A stretch of DNA of 61,985 nucleotides, filler included, from Chiloscyllium plagiosum (GCF_004010195.1; 3 parts of one record of this genome joined end to end with filler, not necessarily neighbours in it); one strand, 5' to 3'. Counted from the whole stretch's first letter, positions 39,026-52,520 are shown. Translations and numbers: made by a program. Notes: a model not told the origin generated them from the letters alone.

Positions 39026-39570
39026 CATCCTGGGCATGTCCCAGCAAGACAATGTCCAATGCAGTGGTCTATCACATGCTGGCCATCCCAGCATGTACAC
39101 TCTGCTCAAGCAGCGGAGACTGCGCTGGCTGGGTCATGTCCACTGCATGGAGAATGGCTGCATCCCAAAGGATGTCCTCTATGGAGAGCATGCAGCCGGG
39201 AAGAGACCCTCAGGTCCATCACCCCCATGCTACAAGGACGTCTGCATGAGAGATATGAAGGCGCTTGATATCGTGATGGAGTCCTGGGAAAGGTTTGCAG
39301 CTGACTGCACTAGATGGAGAAGCACCCTGAACAAACACCTCAAAACAGGGGAAAAGGAAGCTGATGAGTGCTGCAGCAGACAAGCGGGCACCAAGGAAGG
39401 AGTGCAGCGGCTCGAGCAGATCAATGACCACATACAGATGTGACCTCTGGGACCGGGACTGTCACTCCAGCATTGGTCTCTTCAGTCACAAGCAACGTTG
39501 CTTCAGGGAAGCAGAAATCCAGAACGAGGATGTGACCCATGGTCAGCCATGACCAAAAGGGCCTCACTCA
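39026..39570 (+). mobile_element. RTE-clade LINE 3' end with a 10-bp target-site duplication
   Basis: RRLRWLGHVHCME...PKDVLYGE...GKR..G...YKD, followed by a C-terminal zinc-finger-like remnant. CCAAGGCCGG at 39016-39025 and 39571-39580. Confidence 0.88.
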
Positions 39571-39832
39571 CCAAGGCCGGTATACCCAGAACCTCATGTG
39601 GTACACCAGGTGTCAATGGACCAGGGCTTAATATTACTGAAGTGTGATTTCAGTACCCCTTTCACTGTGCATCTCCAAAAATAAAGATTAGCATTCCATT
39701 AGTCTATTCATTTTCTGTGCCTCTTCATGATATTTCTCTTCAGAGTTCTATTTACCCAGCTTTTCTTTATTTAGAATTTTGCATTTCCTATTTTAAGTCC
39801 AAAATGAATAACATCACATTGTGCCATTTAGA

Positions 39833-40116
39833 CGGTGTGGAGTGTGGTGCTGGAAAAGCACAGCAGATCAGGCAGCATCTGAGGGGCAGGAAAATCGGTG
39901 TTTCAGACAAAAACCCTTCATCAGGAAGAATACCAATAAAAACTTAAAAACATAAAAAATAAAATAAGTAAAAGCTTGAATATATAAAGCGTTCCTGATG
40001 AAGGGCTTTTGCCCTAAACGTCAATTCTCCTGCTCCTTGGATGCAGTCTGACCTGCTGTGCTTTTCCAGCACCACACTCTCGACTCTAATCTCCAGCATC
40101 TGCAGTCCTCACTTTC
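39833..40116. mobile_element. Fold-back insertion of two inverted Penelope terminal repeats with a 10-bp target-site duplication
   Basis: Arms at ~39837-39927 and ~39992-40080. GCCATTTAGA at 39823-39832 and 40117-40126. Confidence 0.85.
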
Positions 40117-41047
40117 GCCATTTAGATTGGCTTGTCTGTTATTCCAATTCTGTTGCTTTCTGAACAACAAATTACTTGACTGCTTCTTCCCATGGTAGTA
40201 ATGATGATCAGAATTTAAACTTTTGAGAAATTTGAGAGCAACTAGTTTTACCAGACTACTAGTATCTATCTTGGATATGCAGGGTATCAAACGAATACAA
40301 AGTTCAGTGCTTGCTTGTTAAACACTGCAAAACAATGAACATGGTTCAAGTATGCACATCGAGAATCCTTGTTCCAGTCACTTAGCCCATGAGAACAGTA
40401 GGGTTTCCACTCAACCAGTTATAAACAAAGTATACTTGGGAAATCTTGAGGATTTGAAGAATGCTTTGTATGTTCAGGTTTTTACTTATTTATTTTTGTT
40501 TTTAAGCTTTAATTGGTGTTCTTCCTGCAGCCATACATCCAACCGATGTATAACAAAGGTAGCGACAATGCCCACATTGTTATTAATTAGTCGATTGTAC
40601 TGTAACATTGATACGCAGCTAGAATTTGTAACTTGGCAAGAACTATTGGCTGTTTGGATTTTGTAATCTACTTTCATTCTGCCGGTCAGGTTTTGTACGT
40701 TATAATTCCATGTGGCAATAATTTATTTAAATTGAGATTATGGGGAACAGCAGCATTGATCCAGAAATTTGGCATGAACTCACTGAGTATGAGTACACGT
40801 CTTATGAAATAGCTTTATTACATTTTTGCCGTATACCCACCACATCTCACCCCCCCCACCAAAATAATGGTCTTAGTTTCCAGCTTAATGGTGTGACTCA
40901 GTGATGTAAAATAGAACAATGAAGACATCAGTCATTGGTATGTCAGTTTGTGTTGCTGTTCGGGCTTGCAATGTACTGTATTAACATGTAAGGTCAGAAC
41001 TGGTAACTTGAATACGCAAATTCATTGCTTTCCTTTACCATTTGCAG

Positions 41048-41216
41048 AGAGATGCAGTCAATACTGATGTGCATGTTGAAAAACAAGACCAGGGAATGTA
41101 TCGCTACCTAACTTCAAAGCAGCTTTTCAAGTTGCTGGACTGCCTACTCGAGTCTCATCGATTTGCCAAGTCCTTCAATTCTAACAATGAACAGAGGACT
41201 GCACTGTGGAAAGCAG
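41048..41216 (+). CDS. ARFGEF1: ARFGEF1 coding exon, [56 protein letters not shown](G)
   Basis: tttgcag acceptor and GCAG|gtat donor. 169 nt, phase 0 to 1. The [21 protein letters not shown] wording fits BIG1 better than BIG2. Confidence 0.97.
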
Positions 41217-42809
41217 GTATATGTCTAATAATTATCATGAGGTTAGCTGTACAGGATTATCATCACAGGAACCGTAGAGAAATTAATCCACACAATGCTG
41301 TGTAATTCCATGTTGGATGCAATTGTTAAGGCCAACTGTTTGAAAACAAGGGAGGCATCTCTGGCACAGTATATCCCAGTCTGGCACAGTGATGAATCCT
41401 TGAGTTTATTTAGCAATTCTTTGTGAAATTAGTTTCAATCAAATTCAATTTTAATTTTAGTAAAAACATAACTTAAGGAATAGAAGCCAGTGTAAATCTT
41501 TACTGCAGAGAGCTCTGGAGGCTGGGTTGTCAAGATAGAGGATTTTTAATCAGTCAGAGTGTCCAGGATTATGGGGATAAGGCAGGAAAGTGGCGGTCTT
41601 ACACCTTATGCCAGCTTCTAATCGTTATTTATGTGCTGCTTTGTGACATTTTTAATATCCATACAGACAATATCCACCATATTCCCCTCAATCATCTTTT
41701 CTGCTAAATAATCAAAAATTGAAATGCATTAATTAAACAGTATATTCATATCCCTTATCTGAGGAATACTTTATGCTAGATGTGAATATATCATCTCTCA
41801 TGGTGATCCAGGCAATAACCTTGGGAATGATCATGTTCTCATATCCCACATTAGAAATGTTAAACACACCGCATGTTAATATCTGTGAGACCAGTGTTAC
41901 CAGCAATACACCAACTAAATAATCTCTTAAATGCTGTGATAATCTTTCAAACAATGGTAGATATCCAATCATGACAGAGCAAAGAGAAGCTTTATTGTCT
42001 GATGGTTTGCTACTGGTTTGAAGTCCATAATAGAGATTTAACCACGTTGCATACAATTTTCTGCTCAATAAATTAGGTGATCAGAACACTGTGTGTTAGG
42101 TATGTCCAGGTATCTTATACCTTTTTCTTGCAATGTCCTTGCTTATTACACACAGTTAATAAATGAGCTATAAAATCTTCAAATTAGCTGAGTTAATTTT
42201 TTTTTAAACTTTGCTTCTGTGGTTTCCAATGTTATACATCTAAACTATGCTCCCAAAATTTGATATGTCTTACCAACTGAATTTCAGACTCCCATGCCCA
42301 TTCAGACTGGGCATGACTCAAACTCTGCTTGATTAGGAATCATAGGACTTATTTTTCTTTAAGTCGTTCACCCCAGTTTTCAGTGGGAGTGGAGTAAACT
42401 GTGGGCATTGATTCATGAACAGATGTGCTCTAGCATTTGTTTTTTCCTTATTACATTATTTCTGCCAAAATGTATGGAGTTTAAAGTATAATTTATTTAA
42501 TCACACCATTGGTTCTACATATAATTTTGTTCGAAATCATTTTGTGGAAGTAATTGATTTATTTTAGAATAGTCAACTTTTCCAGTTTGTAATTGTGATT
42601 CCCTTCACCAAAATGTTGCAAGTAGAAGTAAACAGCCAGATCTTTGTATTAGAAACATTAACCACAATGGGACACGTATGAAACGTATGCTATTTGAGAG
42701 AATACTGTGATTGGAAAATATCAATCATCTTTGCAGAACTGAATTGTTTTTATTGACAATTTCAGAAGGTTTGTTAAAACAAGTGTTTCTTTTCCTTCTA
42801 CTAATCCAG

Positions 42810-42948
42810 GGTTCAAAGGTAAATCAAAGCCTAATCTTTTGAAGCAAGAAACCAGTAGTGTTGCTTGCGGCCTGCGTATTTTATTCCGAATGTACACAGA
42901 TAAAAACCGTCGTGATGCTTGGGTGGAAGTTCAGCAGCGATTACTAAA
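42810..42948 (+). CDS. ARFGEF1: ARFGEF1 coding exon, [45 protein letters not shown](N)
   Basis: atccag acceptor and AA|gtaagt donor. 139 nt, phase 1 to 2. Contains the conserved PNLLKQET motif of large Sec7 ARF-GEFs. Confidence 0.97.
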
Positions 42949-43467
42949 GTAAGTAGCCATTCCTGTGACTGTAATTGGATAGCACAGCTGTCAACTTTGA
43001 GGGTTATTGTTCTAACAATATTACGCTGAGAGCTAAAGGTGTGATGGGAAATGCATCAAGCTGAACAGTTTGGGTTCTGACATTATTAAGATAATGCATT
43101 TGTAATTTTCAGGCTTTCAATATTTCTTTGAGGGTTTGATTTGAGGGTTTGATTTGAGGGGCGATTAATGTAGACTGAATTTTCAGGCAGATTGCAACCA
43201 GAAGTTGATTAGGTACAAAAGAAGGAAGATAGTTTTTAGTGTAGTTCTTCACTAATTCTCCTTCAGATATTGATCACTTTATATACATTTTCAGAACATT
43301 CCATTCTTTCAAAATTCTACATTTCTTTAACATTAACCTTGAATTTTGCACAAAAATTGTCATCCCAAAGCAAACTTCTAACTATCATAGTGGGGGTGCA
43401 ACTCAGTCGTGACCACACAGGCTCATTGCATGTTGTGTTTTCTGTGTGATTGTTTATCTTATCCAGG

Positions 43468-44048
43468 TGTTATGGACCAGACCACACCCCTTAAAATACT
43501 TGAGGTAACCTAGAGCCTAAGTACTACTAATTTTCAAGGCAAACGTAAAGTGTCGTGTCCCAGACACAATCCGACCAGTCAAACCACTCGACATTAAGCA
43601 AAAGACAATTTATTTAAACACTGTTGTTAAAATACAACCAAAGAAAGAGGAATTTAGAATAACTTTACTGGAAAACTTAAGAGAATAATAGATACAGTAC
43701 TTACTATTAATTAACTGCTCCAATATAGTAACATCCCATAAACACAGCCTTTGGCAAAAAGGCAAATTCAGAAAACCGATTTTGTCTCGGGTACAATCCA
43801 GCAGCCTAGGAAGAGAAGCTCCAGCTTTTGGGTGTAGCTGGGAGAGGGAGAAATACCTTCCACTTCTTCAAGGCCACCGCAGCAACTGCTTAAAGCTAAA
43901 CCTAAAAACAAAAGAAAAACTAAAAATCCTGGTTTGTGAGAGTGGGCCATACCCATCCAGGCTGCTGTTTACTGCAATGGTTTTGGTAGTTAACTCAGCA
44001 CCTCTGCCTTATAACCTCTCTTCAAAAAACAACCACAGTATCGTCACA
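43468..44048. mobile_element. LTR-like repeat (TGT...ACA), candidate solo LTR
   Basis: Reverse-complement relative of 16295-16927 and 1557-2525. Confidence 0.55.
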
Positions 44049-46010
44049 TATGTATTTGTCACTTTCAGACTCCGATGTTCCAATTATCTATCTGTTGACT
44101 GGTTCCTCATCCTCCATGCTTTGTCATCTTCAGTTCTAAAGGTCTTCTGCCAGTATCCTATCTCTCTCCAAATCAAATTCACTCGTCATTGACCTTGTAG
44201 ATCTACATTGGCCACTGGTTTTCTTCAATGTAAAATTCTCACTTCACTCCTCTGTATTCCAATAACATCATCCAATTTAACAGCTGGTGGCAGGGAAATA
44301 AGTGCACACATACCTTAGCAGATTCCAATAGCTTTGTGTAACCATAATAATATTGACTATGTCGTAACATTCTCACCCAACCTTGCATTGCAGCCCTGTT
44401 TTCATTGCACCAATGCATTGACAATAGAGGATATTTGCTAGTATCAGCTATCCAACCTGTCCAATCTAGTTTTAATATGTTTGATTTTCCATGGTCCAGA
44501 CTATGGACCAATTTTTTAAATCAACGCTGGTTAATTATTCTATTTATTTTTTCCTTCAGATCGATAATAAGCTGGGAACATTCCCAAGTCCTAGCAATAA
44601 AATCACATTGGAAATTTAAAACTAAGGATTTACTTAAGGATCTTTGGCCAATTTGGGATCTCAATGTCCCTGTCAGTATGTAGGGAACTAATTTTAACAG
44701 TTTCTCTCACATTACACTCAGGAAGCATTTTCTAAATCCAAGTAAGTGATATTCAGCTGGTTTGGCGTAGTGTGAGAAATCACCAAATGTGTCAGACACA
44801 ACTGCTATTTTCTGAAACAATGGTCAAGCGTACCCCAAGAATGCCAGGTGACTGTTTAATTATGGTTAGTGATACTTCTCATCTGTTTTCCTGTTCATAA
44901 GATCAGCAAGCTATTGTCACCGGGTTATAATTTAAGCTTTTCAAAAATCAGGGAATCCAATCATCCAGCATTTTTTTGAGTATTCCATGAAATATTAAAG
45001 TGCTTACTGTCATCAAGAACTCCAACTATTGCCTTCTGTGCCCCAGGGTAAATTCAATATGTCCTTTGTGTTTTTACCCCAACTTTTGAATCCCTTTAAT
45101 TTAGTCTGAACCATTTCTGCTGAAATATTTTACCAAGCCTGTTTTATCCATTGTACAAGTGAGCAGATTCATTTCTCGCGTAGTCCGAATCAAAATCTGA
45201 GATTAGTTGGACTGTTAGCCTTCAGTATTGAGAGGTATGGGCAAAAATGGATCTGTAGAGTTTGAGTACAGCTTAGCCATGGTCTTTAATGAATGATCTT
45301 TCAGACTCAAGGAGCCAAGTTTCTTCCTGTTTTTAATTTGCTTTAACTAAAGCAGAAAATACTTTCCAGTAATTTAGCTAGAATCAACCATCCTAGTTTC
45401 TAAAATTGTTTTTGTTGATTATTTTTACTTTTAATTACTTTTAATTGATGCAAACAGTTTTTTATAGTTCTGTACTTGTAAAGAACTGTTAATCTTTTCA
45501 CAAAGCATAAAGCAATACAAGTTTCCCATGTCTTCACACAGCCACAGTGAGGGCTGTCTTTCATCATTCAGTGGAAAGTGTCCCCGTATTCTCAGGTCTG
45601 CAGTGGTTCAAGAAGAAAGCTCATCATTACTTTCAAAAGGCAAGACCCACATCCCATGTCGGGATATAAAAAGAAGGCACACGTACCCCCTCCTCCTCAT
45701 CACAGGCATGTGTGAGGCTTCAGAGCCAATAAGGATCTTACTGGAAATTGCTCCATTTTCTTTGTCATACACAAAAACAGAAATTACTGGAAAACCTCAG
45801 CAGGTCTGGCAACATCTGTGCAGAGAAATCAGAGTTAACATTTTGGGTTCAATGACCCCTCCTCAGAACTTCATTTTCTTTGTATTCTGCAATGATTCTT
45901 GTTCCCTTCCCTATTTTAACCACTGCTAGTTGAATATTAATTTTTCATAAACAACTTTCTGAAATTATTGCAGTTTTTGTCTTTCAAACTGCTCCAACCC
46001 CACAATCAAC

Positions 46011-46428
46011 ATAGAGTCATAGAGATGTACAGCATGGAAACAGACCCTTCGGTCCAACCTGCCAATGCTGACCAAATATCCCAACCCAATCTAGTCCCAG
46101 GAGTGGACAGCGAAGAGGGTTACCTCAGATTACAGCAGGATCTGGACCAGATGGGCCAATGGGCTGAGAAGTAGCAGATGGAATTTAATTCAGATAAATG
46201 CGAGGTGCTGCATTTTGGGAAAGCAAATCTTAGCAGGACTTATACACTTAATGGTAAGGTCCTAGGGAGTGTTGCTGAACAAAGAGACCTTGGAGTGCAG
46301 GTTCATAGCTCCTTGAAAGTGGAGTTGCAGATAGATAGGAGAATGAAGAAGGCATTTGGTATGCTTTCCTTTATTGGTCAGAGTATTGAGTACAGGAGTT
46401 GGGAGGTCATGTTGTGGCTGTACAGGAT
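46011..46428. mobile_element. CR1 LINE with an inverted 5' segment
   Basis: The - strand 3' tail (46011-46098) abuts a + strand RT segment (46099-46428). Confidence 0.8.
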
Positions 46429-46653
46429 CTTAGAAAGATGGTCTAAGTCAGTCAGGTATTGCTGCATCTCCACATCATCTATGAATTGTAGCTTGTTCAT
46501 ATAAAATATTTTTAAAGATAATATCCCCTTTAGTTTTAATTTTCACATGCAGATATTAACTCTGTTAATCAATGGAATATCAGATGCCTAAATATCAGCT
46601 GCTTACCATAGATACTGTTTGGCATGAGGAAACTTTGGAGACAGGAGGAGGAG

Positions 46654-46975
46654 GGGACGGCTCGATGGCTCCGTGGTTAGCACTGCTGCCTCACAGCACC
46701 AGGGTCCCAGGTTCGGTTCCAGCCTCAGGTGACTGCCTGTGTGGAGTTTGCACATTCTCCCCATGTCTGCATGGGTTTCCTCCGGGTGCTCCAGTTTCCT
46801 CCTACAGTCCAAACATGTGCAGGTCAGGTGAATTGGCCATGCTAAATTGCCCATAGTGTTAGATGCATTAGTCAGAGGTAAATGGGTTTGACTGGGTTAG
46901 TTCTCGGAGCGTTGGTTTGGACTTGTTGGGCCGAAGGGCCTGTTTCCACGCTGTAGGGAATCTAATCTAATCTAA
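46654..46975 (+). mobile_element. HE1-type V-SINE
   Basis: Head, V core and (AATCT)n tail. Confidence 0.9.
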
Positions 46976-47106
46976 AACCTTTAATTTTAAAATGGTATAT
47001 AATTTTACCTGGTTAAATGAGTTAAAGAGCTAAGAAGAGTATTGGATTTATAATTAGGTTGCTTAGTTTTTTTGAAAATTACAGAATACTGATTTGATGT
47101 AACTGA

Positions 47107-47286
<180 letters not shown>

Positions 47287-48087
47287 TAGCGTGAGTTATT
47301 TGTTTATGTTGAGTCTTTTTAGTGGATGATCACAAGGCAGAGATTGTTAAATACAAATTAAGCATTTTTCTCAATATATGTTTATACTGTCTTATGATTT
47401 TCTTATTTACTCTGACAAATTGAAGCTGTTTTATGCAATTTTTTCCTTTTTAAATAATTTTAAAAGGACTAAATTATATCGAGCAGAGTTGTAGTTAGCA
47501 GTGAAGTGCATTTGACTGGGGACTTATACATTTGAAAATTCATCCTATTGTTATGCAGTTTTGAAGTTTTAAAGCAGTTTACAGTATTTCTCCACTGAGT
47601 TTCCTAATGAGAGCTTGCAGTAACGTATGTCTAGGTAAAAGAGCTGAGTAACAAATACTTGATACCTTTTTTCCTAGAATTACTTCAGTCTTGTAAGTTC
47701 AGATTGACAGGAAACCTAAGTGCTAAATGCATACTCACTGAACTCGAATCATTTTGATAAAGCCAGTTTATTAAATGCCTGGATAACAGAATCTGAAATG
47801 CCCACTGAACAGAAAATCTACAAAATTTAAATGCATTTAAACCAATGTTGTCTATACAGAAAGGGATGGTCAGAAGATCTGACGTGTGTTGGAAAGTAGC
47901 GTGAGGTATAATTACATCAGACTTTGTTCCAAAGGGAGAAGCTGTAATTAAAATAAAAATAATGGTAGAGATTCAGCCATGGTGAAGCACTAAGGACATG
48001 GATTATATCAGTTTAAAATATGGATAGTAATATCATGCAATTCTTTGTTTCGTTATTTTAATTATCCTTTTGTCTTTTTCTTTCCAG

Positions 48088-48255
48088 TTCAAGGCCCATG
48101 CATCAAAGTACTACCCTCTTTTGTGTGAAATTATGCAATTTAATCTGATTCCAGAATTGAGAGCTGTTCTACGCAAATTTTATCTCCGCATTGGTGTGGT
48201 CTTTAAAATATCTCATCCTTCAGACCAAGAGCATGGACCCATCAAGCTGCAATGA
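48088..48255 (+). CDS. ARFGEF1: ARFGEF1 last coding exon, [55 protein letters not shown]
   Basis: tttccag acceptor. TGA stop at 48253-48255, immediately followed by a second TGA. Matches the BIG1 C-terminus. Confidence 0.97.
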   Translation, partial: FKAHASKYYPLLCEIMQFNLIPELRAVLRKFYLRIGVVFKISHPSDQEHGPIKLQ

Positions 48256-49640
48256 TGATCAAGGTCTTGGCTAAGGCATTCTGTTATAAATCGGAAAAGG
48301 ACTAGCCTGCGGTTGGTTACGTTGACTCACTCACTCCTGCCTCGATCCTTTCTTGATCTTTTTGTAAAGGATGGTGCTTTAACTCTGTTGGTTTGTAACC
48401 TGCCCAGAAGATGCAGATGGGTGAGCTGTAATATTAGTTTAAAATGCTCTATTTCATTGAATTAATTATCCGAATGATTCAAGGTAATGATTGAGTGCTG
48501 ACCCGTGCTGAGCATGGAATCAGCATTTTGTGGTACAGTCACACTTTGAAATGCAATTTAGTGTGGAGAAGGCTGTGACTCGAACACAAACATGGACAGG
48601 ATGCAGTGCATATTGTAAAGTAGAGAAAATATTTAAATGCATACTGTAGTTTAAACTTCTGGGCAGAAGAATTTGGCACTATGAGTAATATATATGTTAT
48701 AAGGGAAATCTAATCGTGTAGCATCTTACAGGCAGGTTGGAAGATATAATTAAATTACAATTGTTACAGATACTAGCAAAGATCAGTTGAACATTGTTCA
48801 GTAACTATTTTTTGTTTGCACAGCTCATGACCATTAAAATTACAATGACCATCCTTCTGTGAATCTGTTGTACAGAAATATAAATCTGTAAAGTATGATA
48901 TTAACACTATGTAGTTCTTCCAGAATGGGTTTCTTTGATTTCAGTATTTTATGTTGATTTTCTGCTGTTACAGCTATTTTATTGTTCATTGTGTGCACTG
49001 GGTTGTTTTGCTTTTGACTTTGTGATTTATTTTAAATTTTCTTTAATGTTGCTCATGCAGTTGTAATGGAAACTCCGATGTATGCACAGTTATTAGAGGA
49101 AAGAGGCACTAAGATTGTTGTGTTAATGTAATTAGCAGACTGGTTACCCTGTCAATAAAGGTGAGTTTTCCCCTAACTGTATATTACAGACTAGGGCCTG
49201 TTATTAAAAAAAAAAGGATTGATCTTATCAACTGGAATTTGAATCACTGCAGGTTGATCTGAGGTGCATTTGCACTGACATAAAACTGTCTCCATGTTTG
49301 ACATAGGTTATACTGTCTGTGTATAAAATTTGATGTTAAATTAAATATATTGAATAATGAATCAGTTTAGGGTTGGGATGATGAAATATACTGAAATCTA
49401 ATTATTAAGAAGCTGTGAAATGGGCTTTAATTAAAAAAAATGGCTACACAGAGTTCCAAGCATTCCTAGTCACTGTGGATGTAGAAAATAAATATTTGGA
49501 GAAGGTTAAAATGTATATGGTACAGACATGTAAAGTTTTCTATGTAAAAATATGTACAACTTTCTGTACAATATTGGTTATCATCTGGCGTATTCTAATC
49601 AGGTCATGGCTCAATAAAGTTTTTGAACTCTCTTTTACCA
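48256..49640 (+). other. ARFGEF1: ARFGEF1 3'UTR with candidate polyadenylation signals
   Basis: AT-rich with no recognisable repeats. AATAAA at 49154-49159, 49487-49492 and 49613-49618. TGTA motifs lie upstream of the last hexamer and a T-rich tract downstream. The end coordinate is inferred. Confidence 0.7.
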
Positions 49641-49724
49641 GTGCAGTGGTTCAATGAAAAGTGCAGGAGGGTTTCCCAGGAGCAACACTAGGCGAAGTTA
49701 AAAATGGATGTCAACCTGATTAGA

Positions 49725-49926
49725 CTGCAATACCAAACCACCTGAAATCTCCCTCCATTGCAACCCCAACCTCACTATCAAACCAGCAGACAAGGGAGGC
49801 GCGGTAGTAGTTTGGCGCACCGACCTTTACACCGCTGAGGCCAAACGCCAGCTCGCAGATACCTCCTCCTACTGCCCCCTTGACCATGACCCCACCCCCC
49901 ACCACCAAACCATCATCTCCCAGACC
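49725..49926 (+). mobile_element. Penelope RT N-terminal fragment, ends at gap
   Basis: NPNLTIKPADKGGAVVVWRTDLY contains the PLE DKG motif. Confidence 0.88.
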
Positions 49927-50026
49927 NNNNNNNNNNNNNNNNNNNNNNNNNNNNNNNNNNNNNNNNNNNNTTAATTAATTAANNNNNNNNNNNNNNNNNN
50001 NNNNNNNNNNNNNNNNNNNNNNNNNN
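49927..50026. other. Assembly scaffold join (44 N + TTAATTAATTAA + 44 N)
   Basis: Identical to 28122-28221. Confidence 0.95.
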
Positions 50027-50340
50027 GCTGGCCCCAAAGTGCTCCCCCACTGACACCTCAGTCACCTGTCCTGCCTTAGTTCCCAAGAGTGGGTCAAACT
50101 TTGCACCTTCTCTAGTAGGTACATCCACATACTGAATCAGAAAATTTTCTTGTACACATTTAACAAATTCCTCTCCATCTAAACCCTTAACACTATGGCA
50201 GTCCCAGTCGATGTTTGGAAAGTTAAAATCCCTTACTATAACCACCTCATTATTCTTACAGATAGCTGAGATCTCCTTATAAGTTTGTTTCTCAATTTCC
50301 CTCTGACTATTAGGGGGTCTATAATATAATCCCAATAAGG
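50027..50340 (-). mobile_element. CR1 APE endonuclease fragment
   Basis: GLYYRPPNS...DFNFPNIDW...QYVDVPTREGA. Confidence 0.88.
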
Positions 50341-51244
50341 TCTTTTATCAATTTTCATTTGGAGCTGTTAATGGAGAATTAAGATGAAAATCATCTTTGT
50401 AAAGTGGGCAGCAGGTTATGTTAAAAACAGAAGCCAGAATAAGCAAGCTGCTTTTTGTTAATGAGGTTAGACCTGGAGGTTAACTGCAGGTTGGATTTTG
50501 ATCAAAATATTCTAGAGGCTTTGTCATGAGGGAAGAGCATTGTGCCTCTGAGGAAATCCTTCCTGAAAGTTAGTGACTTCCAACCAAACTGTGGAACGAT
50601 GGGCCTGATTTTCACTACTAAAAATGCCAAGAACATAACAGCCACTCTTTATGGCCAAAGCTCCTGACTCACACAATGGGGAAGTGCTATGGAAGATCCT
50701 GTCAAAGACCAGCCATCCAGTGACATTCATCAGTATTCTCCATCTCCTCCACAACAAGATGTACTCTGCTTCAGTTTGAGGCCAAAGATGTTGGGTCTAT
50801 GCATTGCCTTGGTGGCACTGAAGAAACCCGGGTGTCAGCATTAGAGTCATACAGTCCTAGAGATACACAACACGGAAACGGACCCTTCAGCCCAACTTGT
50901 CTGTGCCGACCAGATATCCTAACCTTATCTAGTCCCGTTTGCCAGTTCTTTCATCTAGTTGTCTCCTGGTCTGTGTTGAAAGCAGGTTGGGAGAAAATAA
51001 TGACTGGGAATGATAACATTGGTGAACAACGCCCCCCAAAAGAATGGGAGTCTTTAGAGAAATGGATCCCTCTTGCTCTCTTCTTCAAACAAAATCAACC
51101 GCAGACTGGTGCAAGTGACCCATCCAGTGTGGGACTGGGGAAAGATTTCAACATAACACCCTTGCCATTATGCCAGTCCATCACCTCATTTCTCCCCTGC
51201 ACTTGATGATTGTCTGCAAGGTTAGCTTTCTCAGTCTACCATTA

Positions 51245-51700
51245 CTCCTGGCCAATGGTAATATGACAGAATCTTTGAAGATCGAGACAGGGGTCAAGCA
51301 GGGATGTGTCATTACCCCCACCCTTTTTGTCATCTTCATCGCCACCACTCTCATCTCATTAGGAACAACCTTTCTAGAGGTGTGGACATTGTCTACAGGA
51401 CGGACAGAAAACCTCTCAACCAGTAGAAATTGAAGAAGAAAATGACACTGACCTCAGTTCTGGCACTCCAGTATGTGGGTGACAATGTCATGTCTGTTCT
51501 CTTGGAAAAGAATCTTCAAATCTACCTGAACACCTTCTTTGAACATACTGAAGAATTGGACAAAGTCTCAACCTCAAGAAGACTCAAATCCTTTGCCAAC
51601 CCATCCTAGATCATGTGCCAGTCCATCCCCTCATAACATCAATGGAGACATTCTCCCAAATGTGGGATATTTCCCTTGGATGGGTAAGCTACCTCTCTTC
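51245..51700 (+). mobile_element. Old RTE-clade LINE RT fragment (further pieces near 50600-50760, 53045-53290, 53510-53605)
   Basis: ETGVKQGCVITPTLFVIF, and downstream RTRGGHRKHFKDSLKA.LQKCNI. Confidence 0.75.
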
Positions 51701-51704
51701 TAAG

Positions 51705-52351
51705 CCAAACCAAAGGGGTAGCCATGGGTACCCGCATGGGCTCCAGCTATGCCTGCCTCTTCGTAGGATATGTGGAACAGTCCATCTTCCGCAGCTACAC
51801 TGGCACCACCCCCCCACCTTTTCCTCCGCTACATCGATGACTGTATCAGCGCTGCCTCATGCTCCCACGAGGAGGTTGAACAGTTCATCCACTTCACGAA
51901 CACCTTCCACCCCGACCTCAAATTCACCTGGACCGTCTCAGACTCCTCCCTCCCCTACCTAGACCTTTCCATTTATATCTAGGGCGACCGAATCAACACG
52001 GACTATAAACCGACCGACTCCCACAGCTACCTAGACTATGCCTCCTCCCACCCTCCCCCTGTAAAAACGCCATCCCATATTCCCAATTCCTTTGTCTCCG
52101 CTGCATCTGCTCCCAGGAGGACCAGTTCCAATACCGTACAACCCAGATGGCCTCCTTCTTCAAAGACCGCAATTTCCCCCCCGATGTGATTGATGATGCC
52201 CTCCACCACATCTCCTCCACTTCTCGCTCCTCCGACCTTGAGCTCTGCCCCTCCAACCGCCACCAGGACAGAACCCCACTGGTCCTCACCTACCACCCCA
52301 CCAACCTCCATATACATCGTATCATCCGCCGTCATTTCCGCCACCTCCAAA
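51705..52351 (+). mobile_element. Penelope reverse transcriptase fragment, frameshifted, ends at gap
   Basis: QTKGVAMGTRMGSSYACLFVG, FLRYIDD, HP.LKFT, LPYLDL, YKPTD...YL.Y.SSHP, IPYSQFL.L..ICS. Confidence 0.92.
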
Positions 52352-52520
52352 NNNNNNNNNNNNNNNNNNNNNNNNNNNNNNNNNNNNNNNNNNNNNNNNN
52401 NNNNNNNNNNNNNNNNNNNNNNNNNNNNNNNNNNNNNNNNNNNNNNNNNNNNNNNNNNNNNNNNNNNNNNNNNNNNNNNNNNNNNNNNNNNNNNNNNNNN
52501 NNNNNNNNNNNNNNNNNNNN

